This document shows, piece by piece, positions 10,148 to 19,746 of a DNA stretch of 64,000 nucleotides. Source of the stretch: Polyangia bacterium (GTDB taxonomy: Bacteria; Myxococcota_A; Polyangia; JAAYKL01); NCBI GenBank assembly GCA_050287845.1, contig JBNKCR010000020.1, positions 1 through 64,000 of the forward strand, given 5' to 3'. How positions within the stretch are numbered: the stretch's first letter is position 1; the number at the start of each line of letters is the position of its first letter. Below the pieces are notes generated by a model. That model was not told where the DNA came from and made no database searches. It saw only the letters and a list, made by a program, of their open reading frames with translations. A program made the position numbers and the translations under genes.

Positions 10148-11869
10148 ATGCGTGCAGCGTTGTTTCGAATCGTTCCTGTGGGCCTGAGCCTGGGAATCGT
10201 TATGGGATGCCAGGCGATTTATCCTGACCTGGAAGTGTCAGATGTGAATACCGGTTCAGATTCAGCAACAGCAACGGGGACCGGACCAGGGGACACATCG
10301 TCGCAGTGGGAAACGGCGGGCACCGAGCCAGTCGCCACCGATTCGATCTCAGATTCCGCTTCCACCACGGCGCCGGATACCCTGTCCGACACGGGTACCC
10401 TGACCGGAACGGATACTGCGGTAACAGATACGGGAACGCCGGGAGATACGGGTACCCAGGTTGTGGATACGGCGAGTCAGACAGATGTGTCGTCGGACAG
10501 TGCAGATACCGGGAGGGATACAGCGGACACGGAAAGCGCCACCGGAAACGTGGATACTGCGACGGAAACCGAAAGCGACACCGGTGCCCCGGACAGCGAG
10601 ACCGGTTCTGGCATCGGAACCGATACGGACACTGAAACGGAATCCGCAACGGAAATTTCCTGGGACACGGGTACGGAACCGGTGGCGAATTGTACGGGGG
10701 CTGCGGATTTCACGCCATGCAATCTGGTCACCTCCCCCGAAGATAGAATATACGACGTGTGCATCGGTGAAGTGTGTGTGTCTCCCGGATGCGGCGAACC
10801 GGACTGCAATACCCCGGGCCCTCATTTCAGCCTGGCGGACAGTGGACTGCGGGAATGTTTTTCAAACAGCGGCGTGGTGGACTGCAGTGTCCTGGATGCC
10901 ATGTACGATGGACAGGATGCCCACTTTGGATGGGATGTGGAAAACGACGCCGGCCTTCGGTTTGAATCCAGTACTTCCGCCGCCTATCCGGAACAACCCG
11001 TGGTGGCCGACAAGGTGACCGGGCTGATGTGGCAGGGATGTCCGGCCGGGTTGACGGGAACCCTGTGCAACAGCAGTTCCGCGGGAACCCAGATGACCTG
11101 GCTGGACGCTGTGGACTACTGTGATACGCTGCCGTGGGGAGACCACTCGGACTGGCATCTGCCGGATGTGTATGAGTTGTTATCCATTATCAATTTCAGT
11201 GAATATTCACCCGCTATCAGCACAGATGTGTTTCCGGCGGTGCCGGACAATGATACTTTCTGGACGTCCACCACCCATGCGGTGACGCCGGATGTCCGCT
11301 GGGAGATTAATACTGCCCTCGGTATTATCTATACGCCGTCAAACAATGATACCAGTGCAAAAGCATTTGTCCGCTGTGTGCGGGGCGCCAATGATACGCG
11401 ACCTACCCGGCGCTTCGAGAGACAGTCGGTGGGCGGTCAGGCGCTGGTAACCGACTATGTGACAGGACGGATGTGGACCGGCTGTCTGGTAACGACGTCC
11501 ACCGGGGGGAATCCGGTATGTGCGGGATCCGTTGCACCGGACGGGATGGACTGGTCATCGGCGCTGTCGTTCTGCACATCGTTGACCTGGGGCGAACTCA
11601 ATGACTGGCGGTTGCCGAATATAATGGAACTGCAAAGCATTGTGGACAGCGCCAGATATAATCCCGCCGTGGATGACAGCGTATTTTCCATGATTCCCTC
11701 CACCCGATTCTGGACATCGTCCACCCGGATCAATGTCCCGGGGTATGCATGGTATGTGAATCTGCTCAGCGGAATGACCGGCAGCACCGAATTGAAAACG
11801 AGTACTGACTCCACCGAGGGAACGGCCCACTATCAACATTATCCCCTTTGTGTCCGGGATGCGGATTGA
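10148..11869 (+). CDS. Lipoprotein with Thr/Asp/Ser-rich linker and two DUF1566 (Lcl C-terminal) domains
   Basis: VMGC lipobox; two copies of 'D.VTG.MW..C...W..A..C..L.WG...DW.LP...EL.SI'. Confidence 0.85.
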   Translation: MRAALFRIVPVGLSLGIVMGCQAIYPDLEVSDVNTGSDSATATGTGPGDTSSQWETAGTEPVATDSISDSASTTAPDTLSDTGTLTGTDTAVTDTGTPGDTGTQVVDTASQTDVSSDSADTGRDTADTESATGNVDTATETESDTGAPDSETGSGIGTDTDTETESATEISWDTGTEPVANCTGAADFTPCNLVTSPEDRIYDVCIGEVCVSPGCGEPDCNTPGPHFSLADSGLRECFSNSGVVDCSVLDAMYDGQDAHFGWDVENDAGLRFESSTSAAYPEQPVVADKVTGLMWQGCPAGLTGTLCNSSSAGTQMTWLDAVDYCDTLPWGDHSDWHLPDVYELLSIINFSEYSPAISTDVFPAVPDNDTFWTSTTHAVTPDVRWEINTALGIIYTPSNNDTSAKAFVRCVRGANDTRPTRRFERQSVGGQALVTDYVTGRMWTGCLVTTSTGGNPVCAGSVAPDGMDWSSALSFCTSLTWGELNDWRLPNIMELQSIVDSARYNPAVDDSVFSMIPSTRFWTSSTRINVPGYAWYVNLLSGMTGSTELKTSTDSTEGTAHYQHYPLCVRDAD

Positions 11870-11878
11870 CTCATCGAT

Positions 11879-12694
11879 TCAGAGGGGGGCGGGGTTCAGA
11901 GAGGTGCGGATGCTGCCCACAAAGGTTTTGACGGCCGTTATCTGTTCGGCGGTTGGCGCGCCATCAATCGGGATGAACAGACCATTGTATCTGCGGGCCA
12001 GGGAGTTCGCCAGAATGGCGCGAGCGCATCCTTTCTGAGCAAAAAACACGGTGGGCAGATTGGCCGGCACGAAGGTTTCGCATTCTGTATCTTCCGGTGT
12101 TCCCAGCTCAACGCATCGCAGCCATCCGAGAATGTGGGTGCTCTGGGGAAAAAAATTCAGAATGTCTTTCTGATACACAGGGGTTCCCCAGCAACCGATG
12201 GAGGGTTCACAGCGGGCAATGAAAGCGGAGTTCCGTTCCTGCTCCGAAAGGGGCGCGATGCTCAGGGTCATGATGCGTTCAATGCGCGAGGCGAGTGGTC
12301 CCCGGGACTCGCTGACCAGTGGTTGCTTAGCCGCGGCGATTCCGTGGTAGTCGCTGATGAACACAGGGACATCCAGATGCTCCGCCAATATCATCGAAAC
12401 ATAGTGCCCGGCATCGCATCGTTCATTTCCGGTGGCAACCACACAGAGCAATTGATTGGATGCCGCGATAGCATTGTCCACAAAATTGCGAACAATCTGA
12501 CAGGTGTCATTTGTGAGCAGACCAGATGGTGGCGCGTCGAAGTTTTTGTCGAGATTGAAGAACGGCGCACGGGGAAACTTTCTGGCTGCTTTGTGAATGG
12601 TTGCAAGGGTGGGTGAACCGGAGAATCCGATGACCGGAATATCCCTGCTGATGATTTCATCCAATGTATATTTGCATATGTCCATCTTTTTCAT
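11879..12694 (-). CDS. Hypothetical protein with several Cys, possibly Fe-S binding
   Basis: 271-aa ORF downstream of and co-oriented with thiC; TCQ, RCD, RCVE and GCA motifs. Confidence 0.65.
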   Translation of the reverse strand: MKKMDICKYTLDEIISRDIPVIGFSGSPTLATIHKAARKFPRAPFFNLDKNFDAPPSGLLTNDTCQIVRNFVDNAIAASNQLLCVVATGNERCDAGHYVSMILAEHLDVPVFISDYHGIAAAKQPLVSESRGPLASRIERIMTLSIAPLSEQERNSAFIARCEPSIGCWGTPVYQKDILNFFPQSTHILGWLRCVELGTPEDTECETFVPANLPTVFFAQKGCARAILANSLARRYNGLFIPIDGAPTAEQITAVKTFVGSIRTSLNPAPL

Positions 12695-12839
12695 CTAACA
12701 TATTCGGAAAAATCGTCACAGGGAAAACAGCGGTCAGGCGGTCCGGGAAATCTCCCCGGCACTGTTGTATCCCGGGAAATGTGACATTCGATCGGTGGTG
12801 GCGGTCAGCGATAAGGGTATGTGGACGGGGGCGGGATAA

Positions 12840-14165
12840 TCACAGGGCGGCTTTTACCGAACGGGACATTTTTACCGCACAATGCTTTTCACCGCACATG
12901 GAGCAGTAGTCCTTTTTCAGATCCTTGCTGTCCAGATGAGACTCTTCATGCATTACCCGCGCCCGTTGGGGATCCAGAGACAGGTTGAACACCTCATCCC
13001 ACTGGAAGTTGGCGCGGGCAGTTGACAACGCATCGTCTCTGTCCCGTGCGCCGGGGCGTTTGCGGGCGATGTCGGCGGCGTGGGCTGCAATTTTATAGGC
13101 CACAACTCCCTGGCGAACATCTTCCAGGTTGGGAAGTCCCAGATGTTCTCTGGGCGTCACATAACACAACATGGATGCGCCGCTGAACGCGCCCATGGTG
13201 GCACCGATGGCAGACGTGATGTGATCGTACCCCGGCGCGATGTCGGTGACGATGGGACCGAGAATGTAGAATGGCGCTTCATCACACCACTTCCGTTCCA
13301 TCTCCATATTCATGGCAATCTGGTCGAAGGGAACATGGCCGGGGCCTTCCACCATCACCTGCACATCGGCATCCTTGCACCGGCGAACCAGATCTCCGAG
13401 GGTTTTGAGTTCTGCGAACTGCGCCTCATCGCTGGCATCGGCCAGGGCGCCCGGTCGCAGACCGTCTCCCAGACTCAGGGTCACGTCGTGTTTGCGACAG
13501 ATTTCCAGCAGTCGATCGAATTCCTCATACAGCGGATTCTGCCGCTTATGATGGACCATCCATCTGGCGGTCAACGAACCGCCGCGGCTGACGATTCCGG
13601 CCAGTCGGTTCACTGCCATGGGGACGTGCTCCCGAAGCAGTCCGGCGTGCACGGTCATGAAGTCGACGCCGGCTCTGGCCTGGGTTTCAATCACGTCAAA
13701 AATGAGGTCAGCGGTCAGGTCTTCGGGGTTGTCGACCATTTCAATGGCTTCGTAAATGGGAACGGTGCCCAGCGGAGCGTGGCTATGTGCAACCAGACTT
13801 GCTCTGATTTCTTCAATTCGGGGGCCCACCGTCAGGTCCATCACTGCATCCGAACCCAGGTTCAGTGCGAGATTCAGTTTTTTCAGTTCTTCCTCCGGGG
13901 TGGAACTGATTGGGGACCCGCCGATGTTTGTGTTGATTTTGCAGGTAACGGCATCGCCAATTCCCACCGGATCGAGGTTCCTGTGATTTATATTCGCCGG
14001 GATGACCAGTCGTCCCCTGGCAATTTCTGCCCGTATGACTTCGGGATCGAGTTTTTCTTTTTCGGCGACGCGCTTCATCTGTTGGGTAATCACGCCGTTT
14101 TTGGCAAAGTGGAGCTGGGTTACCGGTTTGCCTTCAAATTGAACTTGTTGACTTTGTTTGTTCAT
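12840..14165 (-). CDS. thiC: Phosphomethylpyrimidine synthase ThiC (short form)
   Basis: [37 protein letters not shown] and C-terminal CSMCG...C; GGAGG RBS. Confidence 0.9.
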   Translation of the reverse strand: MNKQSQQVQFEGKPVTQLHFAKNGVITQQMKRVAEKEKLDPEVIRAEIARGRLVIPANINHRNLDPVGIGDAVTCKINTNIGGSPISSTPEEELKKLNLALNLGSDAVMDLTVGPRIEEIRASLVAHSHAPLGTVPIYEAIEMVDNPEDLTADLIFDVIETQARAGVDFMTVHAGLLREHVPMAVNRLAGIVSRGGSLTARWMVHHKRQNPLYEEFDRLLEICRKHDVTLSLGDGLRPGALADASDEAQFAELKTLGDLVRRCKDADVQVMVEGPGHVPFDQIAMNMEMERKWCDEAPFYILGPIVTDIAPGYDHITSAIGATMGAFSGASMLCYVTPREHLGLPNLEDVRQGVVAYKIAAHAADIARKRPGARDRDDALSTARANFQWDEVFNLSLDPQRARVMHEESHLDSKDLKKDYCSMCGEKHCAVKMSRSVKAAL

Positions 14166-14343
14166 CTGTGTCTTTCCTCCACGGCACTTATAATGCACCC
14201 GTCCCGTTGACGCAACATCCCCTCTATTTAATTGGAATTTGTTCGCACAATGAGCTACAAATAGGATAAAATGTACTGGAGATCTGGAATGCTTATCTGT
14301 TCGCCAGACGAATAATTGGAAGCACGAACGGATAATTTTTATT

Positions 14344-15162
14344 ATGAAAAATAACCACTTAATTTATCTGGTCCTTTTGTTCTGGGTGCTGATCTCCATC
14401 GCCTGCGGCACCGGACCCATTAATCCGCCCCCCAACCAGACAGATACAGATACAGGGCAGAGCGACTCTGATACCGATTCAGATTCGGATTCGGATGCAG
14501 ATGCCGATTCGGATTCGGACTCGGACTCAGATACCGATGCAGACACCGATACGGACACCGATACGGACACCGATACAGACACCGATACAGACACCGATAC
14601 GGATACCGATACGGATACCGATTCGGACTCGGACTCGGACTCGGATTCGGATTCGGACGCAGATACTGACGCAGACACCGATGCGGATTCGGACAACGAT
14701 ACTGACAGCGACACGAGTGATGCGGATACAGATACCGATACGGATACAGATTCAGATGCCGATACGGATACAGATACAGATACGGATACAGATACTGATA
14801 CTGATACTGATATTGATACTGATACAGGAACCGATGTTTGTGTCGACACCGACGTCTGTACCGATACCGAAGTGTGCACCGATACGGTCATCTGCCTGGA
14901 TACCGATACGGACACTGTAGATACGGATACCCATGTTTGTGTCGATACCGACGTCTGTACCGATACCGAAGTGTGCACCGATACAGTTGTCTGTCTGGAT
15001 ACGGATACCGGCGTGGACTCATGTGCGTATGAATGTATGGTGCATTGCCGGTCCTGGGGAGGCTCGCCGATGACCGGTGCGTGCGATGAAGGATTGCAGT
15101 GCTGTGATTACGGCGAAGATACGGACACAGATACGGTCTCTGCCGACACTGCTGTCTGGTAA
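14344..15162 (+). CDS. Highly acidic Asp-Thr/Asp-Ser repeat lipoprotein with Cys-spaced repeats
   Basis: SIAC lipobox; (DT/DS/DA)n tract; two [25 protein letters not shown] units; 6-Cys C-terminal domain. Confidence 0.8.
   Translation: MKNNHLIYLVLLFWVLISIACGTGPINPPPNQTDTDTGQSDSDTDSDSDSDADADSDSDSDSDTDADTDTDTDTDTDTDTDTDTDTDTDTDTDSDSDSDSDSDSDADTDADTDADSDNDTDSDTSDADTDTDTDTDSDADTDTDTDTDTDTDTDTDIDTDTGTDVCVDTDVCTDTEVCTDTVICLDTDTDTVDTDTHVCVDTDVCTDTEVCTDTVVCLDTDTGVDSCAYECMVHCRSWGGSPMTGACDEGLQCCDYGEDTDTDTVSADTAVW
14836..15009 (+). repeat. Two near-identical ~75-bp coding repeats with 99-bp period
   Basis: gtttgtgtcga(c/t)accgacgtctgtaccgataccgaagtgtgcaccgatac at 14836 and 14935. Confidence 0.9.
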
Positions 15163-15427
15163 CCGCCTCCCGTCATTATCACATATCTGAGGTATCCGAG
15201 CAGCCCGGTAAAATTGAATTTCCCGGCGGTTCGGGGGCGATTGCCACTTTTCTCAATCGTTTTCATGAATAAACTGATGTGTTGTAAACGCTGACGTTGC
15301 AAAAAAATGATGAATTGAAACGCGCAGGGGTGTGCCATTGTGCGAGCGACAGCGGTTTCAGTCATTGGCTTTTTGCAACATTGGCGTATATATAACGTGA
15401 CCTGTTTAAGGGCGTGAGAGGAGACGT

Positions 15428-16987
15428 ATGAACAGAAGAGAATTTATTATAAATGGATCGGTAATGGGTGCGATGGCCGCGATGGGAGCGCCACTTTTTA
15501 CTTCGTGTGCGCATTCTGAAGCAGCGATGAAGCAACCGATGAAAAACAGCGCAATGTCCCATTCTGCAACGGGGGGCTATTTCGAGTCCAACTTCGGGAT
15601 AGATGAGAATCTGGTTCGCAGGGTGCTCCGGGCGGCCACCAGTCTGGGGGGCGATTTTGCGGATATTTACTTTCAGCATCGGGTTGCTGATCACATTGGC
15701 TTTGAAGACGGTCAGGTGAATCGCGCCTATGCCCAGGTGGACCTGGGAGCGGGAATTCGTGTGCTTAAAGGGGAGCAGACCGGTTACGCATACACCGAAG
15801 AGCTCACGCCGAATGCGTTGATCAAGGCAGCACAGACGGCTGCGTCCATCGCATCCGCAGCCCCGGTGAAACCGGCAGAGTCTTTCCATGCGGTTGAAAT
15901 TCCCAGATTGTACGCGACCCGGCCGGTATGGATTGATGTGGCGGCGGCAGACAAAATCGACGTGGTGAAACGGATTGGCGAAAAGATGCTGGGGTTGAAT
16001 CCGGCGATTATCAAGGCGAGTACGTGGTTTGGCGATTCAGATGAAGCGGTATTGGTCGCCAACACCGAAGGGGTATGGGTGGAGGACATTCGGCCCATGA
16101 CCATCCTGTACGCCAATTGTGCGGCACAGAAAGATGGACGGATTGAGTCCAACGGATTTTCCCGGAGTGCCCGTCGCGGTATGGAGATGTATTCAGACGA
16201 CATGGTGGATGAGATTGCACGCCAGGCGGTGGATAGAACCATGCTTCTGTTTGAAGCGACAGTCCCCCCAGCCGGAGAAATGCCAGTGGTGCTCGCGCCG
16301 GCAACATCGGGAATTCTGCTTCACGAAGCCATGGGGCATGGATTTGAGGCGGATTTCAACCGCAAGGAAATATCGATTTTCTCCAGTATGATGAATACCG
16401 CTATTGCAGCGGACTTTGTGACCATTGTGGATACGGCGCTGGAGCCCGAAGCCCGGGGCGCGGTGAACGTGGATGACGAAGGATGTCCGGGACAGCGCAC
16501 GACCCTCGTTGAAAATGGAAAGCTGGTGTCGTACCTGCACGATCGTATCAGCGCCAACTTTTACGGGGTTGCCCCCACCGGGAATGGCCGCCGGGAAAGT
16601 TTCAGGGCGATTCCCATGCCCAGAATGCGGGTCACCACCATGGAAAATGGACCCCACGAACCGGCAGAGATTATTCGCAGTGTGAAAAAGGGGTTGTATG
16701 CAGTGGACTTTGCCAACGGCGAAGTGGCCATTGGCGCCGGGGATTACAGTTTTTATGTGAAAACGGGATATCTGATAGAGGATGGAAAACTGACTGCTCC
16801 GGTAAAGGATGTGAATCTGATTGGAAACGGTCCGGACAGCCTGAAAAAAATTACGATGGTTGGAAATGACAAGGCCATTGACTGGGGAACATGGACGTGT
16901 GGGAAAGATGGCCAGTCGGTGCCCGTGGGGCTTGGTCTGCCCACCGTGAAGGTGTCGGCTATTACAGTTGGGGGGGTGAACTCATGA
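15428..16987 (+). CDS. tldD: TldD metalloprotease subunit with twin-arginine signal
   Basis: HEAMGH (HExxxH), TGNGRRES, CGKDGQSVPVG motifs; N-terminal MNRREFI. Confidence 0.92.
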   Translation: MNRREFIINGSVMGAMAAMGAPLFTSCAHSEAAMKQPMKNSAMSHSATGGYFESNFGIDENLVRRVLRAATSLGGDFADIYFQHRVADHIGFEDGQVNRAYAQVDLGAGIRVLKGEQTGYAYTEELTPNALIKAAQTAASIASAAPVKPAESFHAVEIPRLYATRPVWIDVAAADKIDVVKRIGEKMLGLNPAIIKASTWFGDSDEAVLVANTEGVWVEDIRPMTILYANCAAQKDGRIESNGFSRSARRGMEMYSDDMVDEIARQAVDRTMLLFEATVPPAGEMPVVLAPATSGILLHEAMGHGFEADFNRKEISIFSSMMNTAIAADFVTIVDTALEPEARGAVNVDDEGCPGQRTTLVENGKLVSYLHDRISANFYGVAPTGNGRRESFRAIPMPRMRVTTMENGPHEPAEIIRSVKKGLYAVDFANGEVAIGAGDYSFYVKTGYLIEDGKLTAPVKDVNLIGNGPDSLKKITMVGNDKAIDWGTWTCGKDGQSVPVGLGLPTVKVSAITVGGVNS

Positions 16988-18318
16988 CGGAAAAACAGAC
17001 TCAGCCTATTGAACAGACCGCTCAGATGATTCTGGATGGTGTAAAAAAACGCGGGATTCGGGACGTGAAAGTGGTGGCGTCGAAAGCGCGGAACGTATCT
17101 GTTGTGTATCGCAAGGGAATGGTGGACAAGGTACAGGAGTCGACCACCAGAGGGATTACCATCCATCTGTATGAGGATGGCAGATACAGTACCAGCAGCT
17201 CCAATGATTTTCGCACCGATGCGCTTGAAAAATTCCTCGACAGTGCAGTGGCGTTGACGGGAGCGATGGAAAAGGATCCGTTCAGAGAGATTACCGACCC
17301 TGCACTCTATAAAGGGCGCAAGTCGATTGATTTGAAACTGTTCGATCCGGGAGTGGAGACATTTTCTCAGGAACGTCGCAATGAATTGGCCCGGACAGCG
17401 GAAGCGGCAGCGATGTCGGCGGCAAAGGAGAAGGCGATTTCCGCAGAAGCGAGCATGGAGACGCAGAGTGCGCAAATGGTTCAGTTGCATTCAAACGGTT
17501 TTGAGGGGACGGAGTCCGGCACTCAGGCGTGGCTGTTTGCCGAAATTTCGCTCAGGGACAGCGGTGACAAGCGACCGAGCGGCTGGGATGTGATGGGATC
17601 CAGATTCGCCGCTGATTTCACTGATGCGGAATCAATTGGACACAACGCGGTGGAGCGGGCGTCCATGAAGTTGAACACCCGTAAGGTAGATACGCGAAAA
17701 TGTCCGATGATTGTGGAAAATCGGGCGGTGGCGCGTTTGCTGGGCGGATTGATGTCTGCAACCGGTGGTCGGTCACTTCAGCAGAAGAGATCGTTTCTGG
17801 AAGCCTATGAGGGAAAGGAAATCGCATCCGGCGTATTTTCGGTGATTGATAATCCCTTCATTGAGAGCGGCTTCGGTTCCAGGTTGTTTGATTCTGAGGG
17901 AATTGCAGCCAGAGTGATACCGGTGATTGAGAACGGGGTTTTTCGAAATTTCTTTATCGATACATATTATGGGAAAAAACTGAACCGCGAACCGACCACT
18001 GGCGGCCGATCAAACCTCATTGTTGTCCCCGGTGAAAAGACCATGGCGGAAATGATCGCAGATGTGTCGGATGGGATTCTCGTCCGTGGCTTCATCGGGG
18101 GCAACACCAACAGTACTACCGGGGATTTTTCGCTCGGTGTGTACGGTACGCTCATTGAAAATGGCCAGCTGACCGATGCCGTCTCGGAACTGAATATTTC
18201 AGGCAATCATCGGGAGGTATGGAAAAGATTGTCCATGGTGGGCAATGATCCGTGGCGATACAGTGCCACACGGACACCCAGCCTGCTGTTTGATGAAATT
18301 CAATTCAGTGGCAACTGA
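16984..18318 (+). CDS. pmbA: TldE/PmbA family protein
   Basis: SRLFDSEG and NSTTGDFSLG motifs, no HExxxH; ATGA overlap with the tldD stop. Confidence 0.88.
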   Translation: MTEKQTQPIEQTAQMILDGVKKRGIRDVKVVASKARNVSVVYRKGMVDKVQESTTRGITIHLYEDGRYSTSSSNDFRTDALEKFLDSAVALTGAMEKDPFREITDPALYKGRKSIDLKLFDPGVETFSQERRNELARTAEAAAMSAAKEKAISAEASMETQSAQMVQLHSNGFEGTESGTQAWLFAEISLRDSGDKRPSGWDVMGSRFAADFTDAESIGHNAVERASMKLNTRKVDTRKCPMIVENRAVARLLGGLMSATGGRSLQQKRSFLEAYEGKEIASGVFSVIDNPFIESGFGSRLFDSEGIAARVIPVIENGVFRNFFIDTYYGKKLNREPTTGGRSNLIVVPGEKTMAEMIADVSDGILVRGFIGGNTNSTTGDFSLGVYGTLIENGQLTDAVSELNISGNHREVWKRLSMVGNDPWRYSATRTPSLLFDEIQFSGN

Positions 18319-18322
18319 TTCA

Positions 18323-19714
18323 ATGAACTGTTTTATCCAAAAATGTATTGCTGCTGTAATCGCGGGTTCTCTTATGTGCCTGCAGGGATGTCACAATACG
18401 ACCGTAACCCGATTCGAAACGCCAATTACGGATGCGGAAGGGTGCGCCACGGCGCTTCCGGTGACATTCCAGAATGGGGTTTTTCTCCACACCGGTGAAA
18501 TGAGCGACTTATCGGGGGTGGCGTACTTTGCATTGAATTCACCACTGCCCGGGGACTGGTTGCTGCTGGAAACCCGAAATGATGAGCTGGTGCTGCCAAC
18601 ATTTGACCCGGTTGTCAGCATATTCGCCATGAATGGCACCACGCGGTATGCGGTGATGGATGACGGGTGGTCGGGGCCGTCCCATGACTCCTTTTTCTAC
18701 TATCACATATCGTCTGTGGAATCCCTGTGTATCAAGGTGGAGAGTTATGACCGCTGGACGGATTCGCTGTCTCCGGGGGAGGGAGTGGGCGAGTCCCTGA
18801 GATACACGTTACGATTGGCGCTGAACGAGCAGAATTCAAATACATATGAAATCGCGTCACAGGATGCGGATAATGACAGCGCGTCCGGCAGTGTGGCGTT
18901 GCAGATGTACGAACAGGACGCCGCTTCCGGACAGTCTCAGGGATGGATTCTCGGTGACTTGAGCAGCCTGACCGACGGGGACAGGTATCGGTTTGTATCT
19001 TCTCCACAGGAAAGCATCGTCGAACTGAATGTCAATCCTGACGGGGGGAGCGGAAATCCGGAGAACGCGGAGTCCGGAACGGGAAGTACGGCGAAAATAG
19101 CGATTCAGATTCTGGATGACACCGAAACACTGGTTGCGGAATTGGTTCCCGGTTCTCATACGTCCACCCTGTCGTTTTTGCCCCGGCCGGGTACTGCATA
19201 TTACATCCGGATTATCGGTGCGCCCGATTGGCAACCGGGGAGAAATGATTTTTACATTGTCCGGGTTCTCAGCGAATGGCTGGACAGATATCCCATGGAA
19301 CCGGATGCGCCCAATGACACCATGGAGAACGCTTCCGAGATATCGTTGACGGACACGGACGACGGAGGCCGGAAAGGCGCGGTGCTGGGACAATTGGCGC
19401 CTGACGGCGATGTGGACTTTTATCGTATGGCGCTGACCATGGGGCAGAATCTGGCGGTGTTCTGCGCGGGTGCATCCATTGGAAGTGGATTGGAGAATTT
19501 CACGCTGTCTGCGCTGGACGATACCGGCGCAGTAGTGGTCGAACAGACCGAAGGAGACATGCCCATCGATTGGTCCGACCGTCCGACTGCCACAGGGAGC
19601 ATATTGATTTCCGAACGCGATGAGACCGTGTATTTCCGCATCGGCGCATCCTTGCCGGCCCAGCCTATCAGTCGTTTTTACTACTGTTACTTTGAAATTT
19701 CTCCGGTGAAATGA
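18323..19714 (+). CDS. Lipoprotein with repeated PPC-like (pre-peptidase C-terminal) beta domains
   Basis: LQGC lipobox; 'EPDAPNDT..NA', 'GDVDFY' and 'DGDRYRF' motifs. Confidence 0.65.
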   Translation: MNCFIQKCIAAVIAGSLMCLQGCHNTTVTRFETPITDAEGCATALPVTFQNGVFLHTGEMSDLSGVAYFALNSPLPGDWLLLETRNDELVLPTFDPVVSIFAMNGTTRYAVMDDGWSGPSHDSFFYYHISSVESLCIKVESYDRWTDSLSPGEGVGESLRYTLRLALNEQNSNTYEIASQDADNDSASGSVALQMYEQDAASGQSQGWILGDLSSLTDGDRYRFVSSPQESIVELNVNPDGGSGNPENAESGTGSTAKIAIQILDDTETLVAELVPGSHTSTLSFLPRPGTAYYIRIIGAPDWQPGRNDFYIVRVLSEWLDRYPMEPDAPNDTMENASEISLTDTDDGGRKGAVLGQLAPDGDVDFYRMALTMGQNLAVFCAGASIGSGLENFTLSALDDTGAVVVEQTEGDMPIDWSDRPTATGSILISERDETVYFRIGASLPAQPISRFYYCYFEISPVK

Positions 19715-19746
19715 CGTTCATGGGGATGGCCCGGTCGGCGGCATGA

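Noticed and set aside
11400..11869. DUF1566 gene as a diversity-generating retroelement target
   Set aside because: No reverse transcriptase and no adenine-variant template repeat is visible in this window.
13080..14210. Long antisense ORFs (for example 13080-14210, 28077-29099, 38625-39512, 58790-60097)
   Set aside because: They are shadows of well-supported genes on the opposite strand and show no recognisable motifs.
14305..14316. cagacgaataat matches part of the 45-bp repeat
   Set aside because: A single 12-nt match in 64 kb is compatible with chance.
14166..14343. TPP riboswitch upstream of thiC
   Set aside because: The conserved CTGAGA core was not found on the coding strand.
14440..14830. 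DT/DS hexamer tracts (also 49093-49308) as CRISPR or non-coding satellite, and their antisense VSVS or alternate-frame ORFs
   Set aside because: They are in-frame coding repeats within lipoproteins; the shadow ORFs arise because the repeats contain no stop codons.
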